Shown: piece after piece, positions 1 to 9,488 of the stretch | How positions within the stretch are numbered: the first letter of the stretch is position 1 | How the letters are laid out: every line of letters begins with the position of its first letter | NCBI GenBank assembly: GCA_965116925.1 | Contig: OZ220744.1 | Location: 3,616,001-3,680,000, forward strand | Length of the DNA stretch: 64,000 nt | DNA from: Candidatus Poribacteria bacterium | GTDB taxonomy: Bacteria > Poribacteria > WGA-4E > PCPOR2b | Reading direction: 5' to 3' | Program-made: the position numbers and the translations under genes | Notes under the pieces: generated by a model | The model's database searches: none | What the model was told of the DNA's origin: nothing | The model's input: the letters and a program-made list of their open reading frames with translations, nothing else

Positions 1-2
1 CG

Positions 3-392
3 GAGGAAAGTGAGCTGGATAAAAAGAAAAAACATTTGATAGATGCGCATCCCAATACATATGTTGGGAGTGAAGTGTGTGCCCGCTGCCATGCGTATGC
101 CTATCATGTCTGGAAGCGTACCAAACATGCAACTCCCTTTGAAGCGGAAGGGAGGGGTTGTCTCGATTGTCATGGCACAGGATACGGTTTTGAAGTAGAA
201 ATGGTAGCAGAGAAGGATATATCAGACAACGTTGGTTGTGAAGCGTGTCACGGTCCAGGAAAACAGCACAGTATGCAACCGGAGGCAGCGGTTTATAAGC
301 CGCTGCCGGTTACCGTCTGTGATTCGTGCCATACACATTCACAGAGTCCAGACTTCAGTTACTCAACTTACTGGGAGCGGATAAACCATTAG
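3..392 (+). CDS. Multiheme c-type cytochrome domain (cytochrome c554-like), 5'-truncated by window edge
   Basis: Four CxxCH motifs (CARCH, CLDCH, CEACH, CDSCH) with YVGSxxCxxCH and GCEACHGPG patterns. The frame is open back to base 3. Confidence 0.85.
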   Translation, partial: EESELDKKKKHLIDAHPNTYVGSEVCARCHAYAYHVWKRTKHATPFEAEGRGCLDCHGTGYGFEVEMVAEKDISDNVGCEACHGPGKQHSMQPEAAVYKPLPVTVCDSCHTHSQSPDFSYSTYWERINH

Positions 393-401
393 CCGCATAC
401 A

Positions 402-1649
402 ATGGAGGTCTCAATGAAAAACATACCCTGTACGAGCAGGACTTCACCATATCGGCAAAAGCCAATCCGAAACCACCACTTTCTGTTTTGCGTTATTTTG
501 TCCCTCGTGGTGCATCTGTTAGTTGTTATGGTGTTTTTCGCGCTGAGAAAGCCCGCTGCCATTCAGGTAGAGGAAGCGTTCACTGTCACCCTTTCCTCCA
601 TCAAACAACCCGCGTTGAAACGCGAATCAGTATCACACAAACCTCTTAGCTCGATTCGCTCTCCAAAAGTGTTAGCAGATGTTGGGTCTCAGAGAATACC
701 TCCCCGATTGCGTCAGGATTCTGGACAGCCTGCGATTCGCTCTACCCCTTTACCCTTTCAGTCTTCCTCCGATAACTCCCTACTGACGGCAAGCATGACA
801 AACGCTGAAGGCTTCGGAGGGATGGGTGGTAATGCCGCCGAAGGAGGATCAGGGGAGGACACCAGCACAAGCATTGAAATTCCCTTTGTATCGGGTGGAG
901 CAGCAATCAATTCTAAAAATACCCTTTCCAATCATACTGGTGCCCTTCAATCTCCGGCGGATAAGGAGAAATCGACGCGATCGATTGCCCTTGCTGACTC
1001 GATTGATTCAAATCGGATTCAACAGCCAAGGTTGGCACGTAACCGTTCAAATCAGGTTGATGTTGTATTTATCATCTCTTGTAGAGAGGAAATGCGCCCC
1101 TACATCAACGATGTTGTTGCATTTGTCAAGCGTGAGATTCAGCAATACCAAGCTTCAACCAAAGATTACCGGGTGGGTATTATCACATCCGACATTGAAT
1201 TCGTTGATGGTCCTCAATATATCAGATACTTTCCGTTGAACGATCATCTCAATAAAGCCATTCAGGTCATAAACAACATTCCGCTTCAGCCATTCCGCAC
1301 CGATATTCAACTGAATGCAATTCAGTACGCACTTAAGCGGTGTGTGTTTCGTCCAGATGCCCAGCGTCGACTTATCGTCTTTGGTAACGATATTCCGATA
1401 TGCGGCGGCTATTCTCCTCTATCCGTTATTGAGTGGTGCCGTGCACTTGGGGTTGTTCTCGATATCCACGGTGCGGATACAGAGGTAGCCCCCCTTCTAG
1501 CATCGCGGACGGGAGGAAAATGGGTTCATGCTTTTGAGAACCAATATGACATGGAAACACTCAAGGAGCCAACTTGGGGAAACGCCTATTGGAAACTCCA
1601 AATTACCTTGAACGATGTGGTTGAACAGCGGATTCATGTACCAGAATAA
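402..1649 (+). CDS. Membrane-anchored protein with low-complexity linker and C-terminal vWA-like domain
   Basis: N-terminal TM (LSLVVHLLVVMVFF), Ser/Pro/Gly-rich linker, then VDVVFII...YRVGII...FRPDAQRRLIVFG...LASRTGG resembling a vWA fold. MIDAS motif is degenerate. Confidence 0.6.
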   Translation: MEVSMKNIPCTSRTSPYRQKPIRNHHFLFCVILSLVVHLLVVMVFFALRKPAAIQVEEAFTVTLSSIKQPALKRESVSHKPLSSIRSPKVLADVGSQRIPPRLRQDSGQPAIRSTPLPFQSSSDNSLLTASMTNAEGFGGMGGNAAEGGSGEDTSTSIEIPFVSGGAAINSKNTLSNHTGALQSPADKEKSTRSIALADSIDSNRIQQPRLARNRSNQVDVVFIISCREEMRPYINDVVAFVKREIQQYQASTKDYRVGIITSDIEFVDGPQYIRYFPLNDHLNKAIQVINNIPLQPFRTDIQLNAIQYALKRCVFRPDAQRRLIVFGNDIPICGGYSPLSVIEWCRALGVVLDIHGADTEVAPLLASRTGGKWVHAFENQYDMETLKEPTWGNAYWKLQITLNDVVEQRIHVPE

Positions 1650-1666
1650 GCAAGGAGGCAAGTCCA

Positions 1667-2959
1667 ATGAAATGCAAATCTTCCCCGTTTTTAATGTTTT
1701 TCCTTGTGTTCATCGGTTGTAGTCCGTCTATGCTTAAGGTTGAACGCGCGATTGCGCCGGGGACTTTGACCGTGATTCAGCTGTCCGACAACGGTGCTAT
1801 AGAACAGACCCTTGACCAGTTGCCACTTAATGAAACGATTGCGGGACCTTCTGACATCGTTGTTCGAGACGGGCGCGTCTATATTGCCAGTTACAAACAG
1901 TTATCAATAGCAGAAAGCGGGGATAACGGCAAGCTGCGTCTGCTATCCTCGCTTCCACTTCCCGGTTACAATGCAGCCCTTGCCCTCCATTCAACCGCTG
2001 CGATCGCCTACATCACTAATACAGAAGGCTTACTGGTCATGGATGTCGGTGACCCAACCCGGCCGACACTAGTCACACATCTGAGGTTGGCAGACGAACT
2101 AGCTAAACTCAACCTTCCAAACCCACTCAAAGACCCGGTTGGAACCGATATCGGATGTGAGGACAATAAACTGGTCTTGACATTGCAAGGGGAGAGTGAT
2201 AGCCTAAGTACACTCCGTGCTAGTATTCCAAGCCGTGCGGGTATCACTGTGGTCTTCAACGTGGGAAAACCCCACTCACCCCAGATTGAACGAATTTTGG
2301 ATCCCTTACCCGGTGCAGCTGCTGTAGCAATGGGGCTTTACCGTTATCAGACCTTCGTTGCCGGTGATGAGATGGTAGAGTATCAAGACTTTAAGCGAGA
2401 ACCAACCCCTGGGACGGGTCTCTGGTTCAAGACCGTCGAGCATCCCGGCGGACAGCGAACCACGGGGGATATTCCGGGGAATGTTGTTGAGATGAAATTT
2501 GTGATGGGTTCTCGCGAAGATTGGGAAGCCGGGAGGACAACTGATATTGCCAAGCAGTATCGGAGTGCTAACCCTCAAGAACGCCGTGAACTTGAGGTGC
2601 TTACACCGTTGGATCAGGGTGTTGTCTTTATAGCTACAGAACATGCCGTGGTTTCAATGCCCACATCACTGAAGTGGCTGATATGGAGACTCGATAATAA
2701 CCGGACAGCTTCCGATCGCTTTGCTCACCTCTATGGGATAGATGCCTATGGATATTTCGCCGTGTACGTGGCAGCGGGAACCGAAGGCGTCCATGTATTG
2801 AAATGGGACGGCACAATCGAATTTAGGAAGCGGGATCATCTCAAAACCCTTCCGGCTCCCGCCTTGGACGTTGCAGTTTCGGGGGATAAGCTCTATGTGT
2901 TATGCGGCGAACTAGGCCTACGGAATGTGCAACACAATGAGGACTTAATCGCGAATTAG
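1667..2959 (+). CDS. LVIVD-repeat beta-propeller lipoprotein
   Basis: Lipobox-like VFIGC; repeats such as AYITNTEGLLVMDVGDPTRP, VYVAAGTEGVHVL and ALDVAVSGDKLYV. Confidence 0.65.
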   Translation: MKCKSSPFLMFFLVFIGCSPSMLKVERAIAPGTLTVIQLSDNGAIEQTLDQLPLNETIAGPSDIVVRDGRVYIASYKQLSIAESGDNGKLRLLSSLPLPGYNAALALHSTAAIAYITNTEGLLVMDVGDPTRPTLVTHLRLADELAKLNLPNPLKDPVGTDIGCEDNKLVLTLQGESDSLSTLRASIPSRAGITVVFNVGKPHSPQIERILDPLPGAAAVAMGLYRYQTFVAGDEMVEYQDFKREPTPGTGLWFKTVEHPGGQRTTGDIPGNVVEMKFVMGSREDWEAGRTTDIAKQYRSANPQERRELEVLTPLDQGVVFIATEHAVVSMPTSLKWLIWRLDNNRTASDRFAHLYGIDAYGYFAVYVAAGTEGVHVLKWDGTIEFRKRDHLKTLPAPALDVAVSGDKLYVLCGELGLRNVQHNEDLIAN

Positions 2960-3112
2960 AAGAAATAACCAATATTTGCTTGATTAATCAGTCAACCTGT
3001 AGGTGCTCTAAATTGCTTGCGTTATTAACAGGCAACCTCCGCCGGTTGTGGACAGAAACTCTCCAGTGGCGGTCAATGCCCTCCGCTAACTACCGATTTC
3101 TCAACAAATATC

Positions 3113-3508
3113 CTACGCGGAATCGGATCGGATTAGATGCCCACGCCGCTCGCTGCCTTCAAGGACACTACAAAACTGAAAATAGATCAGTTCGTGATCC
3201 GCCCACAGTGTATGCTCCACACCCCGCACACACGCCACCATATCCCCCGGCTCAAGCTGCACCGTCTTCGTGATCCCCGTTGGGAGGCGCAGCGTCACCT
3301 TGGGAGTCCCCGCCGTGAAGAGCCAATATTCATCGTAATCGTGGTAGTGAAGCTCGACATCTGCGTTTGCGGGCAGACGGTATTCGTGAAGACTCTCTGA
3401 ATTGACAGGGTTCAGCAACTCCGCCAATAACCCGGTAATCCTCTCACCTTTCCCGATATGTACCACACAAAGTAAAGGATCGTCTATCCGTTCAGCGATC
3501 AATGACAT
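3113..3508 (-). CDS. Cupin-domain protein
   Basis: HYHDYDEYW and LEPGDMVACVRGVEH cupin motifs; GGAGG RBS before the ATG at 3508. Confidence 0.8.
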   Translation of the reverse strand: MSLIAERIDDPLLCVVHIGKGERITGLLAELLNPVNSESLHEYRLPANADVELHYHDYDEYWLFTAGTPKVTLRLPTGITKTVQLEPGDMVACVRGVEHTLWADHELIYFQFCSVLEGSERRGHLIRSDSA

Positions 3509-3557
3509 AGGGGGACCTCCTTTGGTCATTAGGGATAACAGGCTATCCCGTCTTAAT

Positions 3558-3645
3558 CGCTCATGTTAATATTTAGTGCAAAGAAACCGAGTTTTCAAGA
3601 AAAAACTCGGTTTCTCTTCATGCTCTACACTTTTTTACATGAACC
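3558..3645 (-). mobile_element. MITE family A (GGTTCAT/GGCTCAT termini, central AGAAACCGAGTTTT..AAAACTCGGTTTCT hairpin), degenerate copy
   Basis: Reverse-orientation match to the copies at 5501-5592 and 26160-26251; no clear TSD. Confidence 0.7.
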
Positions 3646-3656
3646 TCTCGTTTTAG

Positions 3657-4940
3657 TTATCGCCAGCGGTCGCGTACCGGCTGTTTTTGTGCCCTTGAGA
3701 ACAGATCCCGCCAGTCGTTAGATCCATCGTTTTCGCGGAGCTCCAAGCGCACACCCTCTACATAGGCGGGACCGTTGCCTGCGTTGAAGTATCCAAGCCC
3801 CTGATCTACCATGTGGACGCAGCTGCCGTCTGGATAGACGACCGTCTTGATAACGTCCGGCATTGAGTGAATCGGTTCTCCGCGTTTCTCAAAGCCGTCC
3901 AACCGCTCTTGAGACACCCGATATTTTTCGACAGCATCCTCATCTAACTCAACACCGAGTCCAGGTCCATCGGGGACTTGCTGATACCCGCCCACCACCT
4001 CGATCGGCTTTTTGAGGAGATGATCGCTGTAGATGTTGATACAGCTAATCGTGGGCCAAGTCGCGTGGGTGAGGACCGCGCCCAAGTGGGCAGCCCACGT
4101 CGTCGTTAAGCCGTTGCCTACCAACTGTAACCAGAAGGGCATCTGTGCTTCTGCGCTCAAGGCACCTTGCCGCACAACCTCGGATTTCCCGCCGCCGATA
4201 ACATAACCATCACACACCCGCTCACGGACGCTAGTGATGTAAGGTGGGCTCCCGAAGTGCATAGCGATCGGTCGGTTGACCGATTGGCGGATCTGTTTAT
4301 TGCCCAATACGTCGTCTTGTGGTATGGGGGTTTCAAACATAGCGACGTTAGAGCATTGCTCCAGTTTCTTCATGACTGGAATCGCAGCGGACGCGTTCTG
4401 GAGCGAACCGTTCGGATCGAGGTCTAACTTGAAATGCGGCGGCACACTCTCGGAGACTGCTTCAACTTGGGCGACGATATCCCACCACGGGCGCGGCTTA
4501 TTCTTGAGACTGGTGTAGCCGTTTGCCACAGCGTCCATTGCTTCGCCTGCCCAATCTTCGGGGGAGGAATCAACACACCACCAAGAGATCGGCGTCCAAT
4601 CTCGCACCTTTGTGCCAATCAGTTGATGGACCGGCACCTCAAGGATCTTACCGACGACATCAAAGAGTGCCATCTGCAACCCGGCACCGAGCGAATCCTC
4701 GTTCATCAGTTCGGCGGGGCGTTGCCCGAGGACCCTTGCTACGGTCTGGTCGGTTACTCTGCCGTAAGTGTAGCGGATAACGGTCTCACCCCAACCGACG
4801 TGCCCGGTGTCCGTTGTAACCTTGCATAGTTCCAACACAGACCAGTTGTAAACCGACGAAATACTGGTACGGGTAATCTTTTGCTGCCGCGGGGTAAACG
4901 GTACATCAACGACAATGCGTTCGATATTTGTGACTTTCAT
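3657..4940 (-). CDS. Mandelate racemase/muconate lactonizing enzyme family (enolase superfamily)
   Basis: GWGE, MALFDVVGK, KNK, DPNG, FETP and PDGPGLGVELD motifs. Confidence 0.85.
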   Translation of the reverse strand: MKVTNIERIVVDVPFTPRQQKITRTSISSVYNWSVLELCKVTTDTGHVGWGETVIRYTYGRVTDQTVARVLGQRPAELMNEDSLGAGLQMALFDVVGKILEVPVHQLIGTKVRDWTPISWWCVDSSPEDWAGEAMDAVANGYTSLKNKPRPWWDIVAQVEAVSESVPPHFKLDLDPNGSLQNASAAIPVMKKLEQCSNVAMFETPIPQDDVLGNKQIRQSVNRPIAMHFGSPPYITSVRERVCDGYVIGGGKSEVVRQGALSAEAQMPFWLQLVGNGLTTTWAAHLGAVLTHATWPTISCINIYSDHLLKKPIEVVGGYQQVPDGPGLGVELDEDAVEKYRVSQERLDGFEKRGEPIHSMPDVIKTVVYPDGSCVHMVDQGLGYFNAGNGPAYVEGVRLELRENDGSNDWRDLFSRAQKQPVRDRWR

Positions 4941-4972
4941 TGGATTTTCCTTTCTATAGGACCTTAGAATTA

Positions 4973-5153
4973 CCTAAGTTGCTAGTTGCGTTACGATACC
5001 ACATACATGTCGCCCCGCTGGGGCTTTAAGGCTGGTTTTATCCTGTTTTCTATACACATGTCGCCCCGCTGGGGCTATGAGTCGGGCAAGATGCCCGACC
5101 TACGGATATTGGGAGTCGACTTTTACTGCGTCACATACAACTAGCAACTCGCG
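4973..5153. mobile_element. MITE family B (TIR cctaagttgctagttg / caactagcaactcgcg) with 9-bp TSD TTAGAATTA
   Basis: Direct repeat ttagaatta at 4964-4972 and 5154-5162. Carries an ACATGTCGCCCCGCTGGGGCT doublet and a GTAGGTCGGGCA..TGCCCGAC REP. Confidence 0.8.
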
Positions 5154-5290
5154 TTAGAATTAATGAAATACTCCAAACCGGTGCGGTCCGATAAATCGAG
5201 ACCAGGGTTGCAAACCACACCTACCGGGTAGGATTGAATGCGGTGCGGTTAAAAACCGCACCTACCGGGGGGTGAAAGTGTCTATTTATT

Positions 5291-5475
5291 TAGGAGTTAT
5301 GCACTTCAGTAGGGAACGCAGATCTGCGTTCCCTACGAACTCCTTGAGGGTGTTTCGGCTGTAGTTACCCAATTTATCGGGCATTGGCAACGGTGTCCTG
5401 TAACGATAAATCACCGAGCTGCAAGTCTAAGACTCTCCAAACAGGGCGAGTGAGCGTGCAACTGCGTAAGTCCTA
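5291..5475. mobile_element. MITE family E (TIR TAGGACTTACGCA..TGCGTAAGTCCTA) with 5-bp TSD TTATT
   Basis: ttatt at 5286-5290 and 5476-5480; internal perfect REP palindrome GTAGGGAACGCAGATCTGCGTTCCCTAC. Confidence 0.85.
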
Positions 5476-5500
5476 TTATTTTTAGAATTCACTATAATTT

Positions 5501-5592
5501 GGTTCATGCAAAAAGAAAGTGCAATGCACGAAGAGAAACCGAGTTTTCAAGAAAAAACTCGGTTTCTGTTGCACGATTTTTTAATATGAACC
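5501..5592 (+). mobile_element. MITE family A copy, near-perfect 8-bp TSD (tataattt/tctaattt)
   Basis: GGTTCAT...ATGAACC termini and central AGAAACCGAG hairpin. Confidence 0.8.
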
Positions 5593-5621
5593 TCTAATTT
5601 TTGGACGTTGGACGGAAGCGG

Positions 5622-7382
5622 TCAATCTCTGTCCCAAGGGAATAGGAGCGTTGGTTGATTTGCATAACGTTTCATCTTGAGAACGATACGACTACCTGTG
5701 CCGGGAGCCAGACGGACGGTAAGAGCGGATTTGTCTATCGACACGGTTTTGTCATCGGTAGCGGCACTGACAAGCTGGTGTTCGGCATACGCGCCGCCCT
5801 GAACGATAACCGTCCGCTCTTCGATGGGGTTGATGTTGACAAGCGAGAGCGTCGTCTCGTCATCGGTCAACTTCTCGACGAGTGCGGCGACATCTTCCGG
5901 TATCCCAGCGCGACGGTTCGCAGGATCGAAATAGCGGACGCGACAGTGTAGGGGTTCACCGAATCGCGGTGTGATGCCACCGAGCATCAGTTCTATTAGA
6001 CTGCTGCCCACCGCAGGGTTAAAAGCCAACGTGTCGTCCGAGAGTCGCGTATCCGGCGTTGTGGTATCCTCATGCATCCCCTGCATTTTCCGGCGGAGTG
6101 TGCTGAAGTCGCGTCGGAACGCCTCTGTCGGATAGTCCGGATTATTTCCTTCCAGATATCCGATCCAGCCGTCCGTGGGCAGCCACTTGAGGACATCACG
6201 GTTCATCGACCAGTAGTAGACATCTAACGCGCCTTGATTGTACGGCTGCGGCTTGTAGCTGTACCAACCATCGTCTCCATACATACTGGGATACATCACC
6301 TGACCGTCGATTGTTTTCTGGTTTGAATTGATCGTCTCAATCATTTTCCGCCACACATCGACATAGCTTTGGTCGCCTGTAGCAAGCAGGGCATTTCCAA
6401 AACCGGCAACCCCTCGCACATGGGCGTTGCGATCTGCCAATGCGCCCGTTTGCGGAACGACAACGGTGAATCCCCAACCGTAGCACCCGCCGTACCATTT
6501 GCCATCGCACTCCCCTCCGATTGTGCCGTCCAGACCGATATTAGAGGGGATAATCCCGCCGTTGGCAGCTGTCCGCTCCGCCCAAGCGTCAACGTACTCA
6601 AGGAGCCACGTTTTGTATTTCTCTTCACCGGTGACCATATAGGCGTTGATCGCAAGGGTTGTCGAAGCAAGATTCAGTGGATGGTCGCCGACGATGTCGG
6701 TATAGTCCTTGAAATGCGCTAACATCTCCTCGAAATTACGCTCGCCATGTTTCGCATCGAAACGTCCTTCAACTTCGATCGGATCACCCGCCCAATCCAG
6801 CGCAGTCGCTTTGCGGAGGAGGGGACCTCGACTGCCGTTGAACATACTGCGGATAATTTTATGTTCCGGGTCGTAGTTCGGAGCCTGGGGATCTTCGTTC
6901 ATGTAGAGGCCGGCGAAACGTCTCACCCGATTTTGGAAGGTGCGATCGTAGGGATCCGACAATCCTTGCAGGTTAAAGACCGCAAGCCCTTCGCCGTGAT
7001 GAAACCAGTCGAACATGACGGAGAACTCCTTATAATACATCCCCTCGCGGGCGATTGGGACCTCCACTGTTTTCGCTTCTGTATATTGCAGTAGGTGTCC
7101 CTCCCATGCCAGTTTATACATTTCCAAGATGCTATCTGAGGCACCGAGCGCGTGCAAGATGGGCCAACCTGTGAGATTTTCGATGGCATCGTCGGGACCG
7201 TCGTTCCCGCCCCAGCGCGGGATGCAGATCAGATAACCACGTTCGTCAAAATAGCGGTCAAAAAATGTCTCACAGGCGAGGGTTTGGGCGTGGATAAGTT
7301 CCCGCTCCAAAAGTGCCCAATTTGGCGGTGGAAGGGGTGTATCTATCGTAAGGGTGTTTCTATTCACATTTGGTATCGGCAT
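5622..7382 (-). CDS. Conserved hypothetical protein (586 aa; possibly an alpha/alpha-barrel carbohydrate-active-like enzyme)
   Basis: Long ORF with AAAGGAG RBS; aromatic- and acidic-rich; no motif recognised with confidence. Confidence 0.7.
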   Translation of the reverse strand: MPIPNVNRNTLTIDTPLPPPNWALLERELIHAQTLACETFFDRYFDERGYLICIPRWGGNDGPDDAIENLTGWPILHALGASDSILEMYKLAWEGHLLQYTEAKTVEVPIAREGMYYKEFSVMFDWFHHGEGLAVFNLQGLSDPYDRTFQNRVRRFAGLYMNEDPQAPNYDPEHKIIRSMFNGSRGPLLRKATALDWAGDPIEVEGRFDAKHGERNFEEMLAHFKDYTDIVGDHPLNLASTTLAINAYMVTGEEKYKTWLLEYVDAWAERTAANGGIIPSNIGLDGTIGGECDGKWYGGCYGWGFTVVVPQTGALADRNAHVRGVAGFGNALLATGDQSYVDVWRKMIETINSNQKTIDGQVMYPSMYGDDGWYSYKPQPYNQGALDVYYWSMNRDVLKWLPTDGWIGYLEGNNPDYPTEAFRRDFSTLRRKMQGMHEDTTTPDTRLSDDTLAFNPAVGSSLIELMLGGITPRFGEPLHCRVRYFDPANRRAGIPEDVAALVEKLTDDETTLSLVNINPIEERTVIVQGGAYAEHQLVSAATDDKTVSIDKSALTVRLAPGTGSRIVLKMKRYANQPTLLFPWDRD

Positions 7383-7442
7383 AATTTATCTCCTTTGTGT
7401 TGGTACATTGGTTCATTAAGCTAGTGGGCGATATATTCTTTT

Positions 7443-7743
7443 GTAGGGGTTGGGTTTCCCAACCCGTTGGACGAGGTCACCTCGCCCCTACGAGCTATCT
7501 AGGGCGTGTTGACATTTTTGATGCTGCTGATTCGGCAACCGATGTAATCATCGGGTAATCTGCCATAAGTAGCGCGAACTGTTAGTTTGCAAACGGGGAT
7601 CACAATCTAACAGATCGTGGTACAAAAGACTGCTTCAAACTGACGGACGATATATGCTTTCGTAGGGGTTGGGTTCCCCAACCCGTCGGGCGAAGGGAGA
7701 ATCCTCGATGAAATCGGATCGGGCGAGGAGACCTCGCCCCTAC
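7443..7743. repeat. Cluster of GTAG-type REP hairpins/REPIN doublets plus the left end of MITE family G
   Basis: GTAGGGGTTGGGTT..AACCC + GGCGAGG..CCTCGCCCCTAC pairs at 7443-7491 and 7662-7743; TAGGGCGTGTTGACATTT at 7500, matching 35718. Confidence 0.8.
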
Positions 7744-7757
7744 GATAACGGGCAGCC

Positions 7758-8126
7758 TCACGTCGTGGACTGAATATGGGGAATGATTGAAAGGTCAAAT
7801 TCCCTTCTCTGTCCACTCTGGACCGTCGCTAGCATCTCCTGACAACGAAGAATTCCCTCAGTGAGCGGTTTGAGTTCAACCCCCAAATGCTGGTCACCGA
7901 AGGCTATTAGCTTTGCATAGGCTTTCGACCATTGGCTCTCCGCTCCCACATAGTTTCGGTTCAACAGATGAAAGCAGCCAACGCTCAGTTGGAGTAGTCC
8001 TTGATAGAAGGGACGATCGGGTCCCATCTCGATCATCCATACGTCCTCTAAAGTTTCGTGGCACTCGAAGTAATCGCCATTATTAAACTCTTGAATCCCT
8101 TTTTTAAGTGCTGCTTGTTTGTCCAT
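7758..8126 (-). CDS. DUF309 family protein
   Basis: FNNGDYFECHETLEDVW...FYQGLLQLSVG signature. Confidence 0.9.
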   Translation of the reverse strand: MDKQAALKKGIQEFNNGDYFECHETLEDVWMIEMGPDRPFYQGLLQLSVGCFHLLNRNYVGAESQWSKAYAKLIAFGDQHLGVELKPLTEGILRCQEMLATVQSGQRREFDLSIIPHIQSTT

Positions 8127-8154
8127 TGGTTCATTAGTGCAATGTCAGCAGAGC

Positions 8155-9468
8155 CTACCTGAACTCTTCATCGTGGTATACCTCTTCCAAGCGGGTTGAT
8201 GTAATGAATGCAAAGAATCCCACGCCCAGCGCGATTGCAAAGGTATATTCATAACCGATCCATTGGATAAGTTGACCTGCAGCTACCGGCATAAAACCGA
8301 AAGGAAATACCAGCGTGTTCATGAAACCGATATAGGTGGGGCGGTTCAGTGGAGGCGCAATATTAATCATGTATGTCATGAATCCGACCATCATACCGCT
8401 CATGGAGGCACCGCCGAGTACAAACGTCAGAAAATAGAACGGCAACTGCCATGCCTGTGGCAGAAACTGGATACAGATTGCCACCAGCGGTGCCGTGCAA
8501 GCGAGCAGTGCGGTGCAGATCAGTATCCATCGAACACCGTACCGTCCACTCATATAGCCCCATAAGATGTTCGACAGCACCCCACTGACAGCCCCAACCG
8601 CAAGGAACAGCCCAATCGTCTCATCTGAAATGCTCAATTTGTCCAAAGCATAAGGTACGTAGAAAGGCATGCACATCCGTCCGACATTGACGAAGATTCG
8701 GTACACGATGAAATCTCGATAATTCCGATCCATCTTGAGGAAATGCGGTCCCTGTTTGATGTGCTGCCAGAACGTTTTGCGTTCGGTTTGAACGGGACGG
8801 ATTGGCTCGCGGATTTTAAGGAAAACGAAAAGCGAAATTACCGCCATAAGCGCAACGCCAAAGAACAGAAGCGCATAGTTATTCGGAAAGACTAATCCAG
8901 AGTCATCGCTCAAAATGTAGCGAACCAGAAAACCGATGAATATGGTGAAAAACCCGCCGATGAAATTGCCTATACTGAAAAATCGTGCACGTCGTAACGG
9001 TTCAATCGTTTTGGAGATAATGTCCATATACGCAACGGACGACGCGCCCATCGATGAGGTGCCTAGAAAATAGAGGAAGATGAAACCCGCAGCGAGTAAA
9101 CCGTAATTCCGTGCACCGATCCAAACCGTACATGCGGCAGCGGCAAGCCACACAGCGGTGTGCACACTCATGCCGAAGATATAGAACGGCATCTTGCGCG
9201 GTTTGTGTTCGAGCAGATTGGAGATCAGCAGTTGGGGCCACATCCACCCCACTGACATCAGCGAGCCGGTCAAGCCGACGAGGGTATTGGAGGCGGTGAG
9301 CTTATAGATAAAAGCAGAAAGCACCGTCGTGCTGTCCGATAAGGAGAAAGAGATTCGCCCAAATATCCCTTGAAATATGGCGATCCAAAAGTTACGGTTC
9401 TGTTCTCGCGTTTTGTTTTCTTCCTCTTGGGGCTGTGATTCGGGCATGTCCGTTGAAGCGGTTTTCAT
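8155..9468 (-). CDS. MFS transporter (paralog 2)
   Basis: About 12 hydrophobic segments; highly similar to the adjacent ORF. Confidence 0.85.
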   Translation of the reverse strand: MKTASTDMPESQPQEEENKTREQNRNFWIAIFQGIFGRISFSLSDSTTVLSAFIYKLTASNTLVGLTGSLMSVGWMWPQLLISNLLEHKPRKMPFYIFGMSVHTAVWLAAAACTVWIGARNYGLLAAGFIFLYFLGTSSMGASSVAYMDIISKTIEPLRRARFFSIGNFIGGFFTIFIGFLVRYILSDDSGLVFPNNYALLFFGVALMAVISLFVFLKIREPIRPVQTERKTFWQHIKQGPHFLKMDRNYRDFIVYRIFVNVGRMCMPFYVPYALDKLSISDETIGLFLAVGAVSGVLSNILWGYMSGRYGVRWILICTALLACTAPLVAICIQFLPQAWQLPFYFLTFVLGGASMSGMMVGFMTYMINIAPPLNRPTYIGFMNTLVFPFGFMPVAAGQLIQWIGYEYTFAIALGVGFFAFITSTRLEEVYHDEEFR

Positions 9469-9488
9469 AGCTGGTTTCGGCTTCCTTT

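Larger units (their letters stand above)
4955..5496. mobile_element. MITE family C shell (TATAGTGGATTTTAGAATTAA...TTTAGAATTCACTATA) expanded by nested insertions
   Basis: Matches the uninterrupted ~100-bp copies at 31425, 53166 and 61771 once the inserts 4973-5153 and 5291-5475 are removed. Confidence 0.8.

Noticed and set aside
4955..4975. Identity of family C with Neisseria Correia elements (shared TATAGTGGATT start)
   Set aside because: Only the first ~11 nt resemble them and the interiors differ; at most this hints at a similar TA-targeting transposase.
7607..7816. 69-aa ORF (RRGEVSSP, GLGNPTPT)
   Set aside because: A translation of REP hairpins; the same peptides appear in the repeat-derived ORF at 50608-50988.
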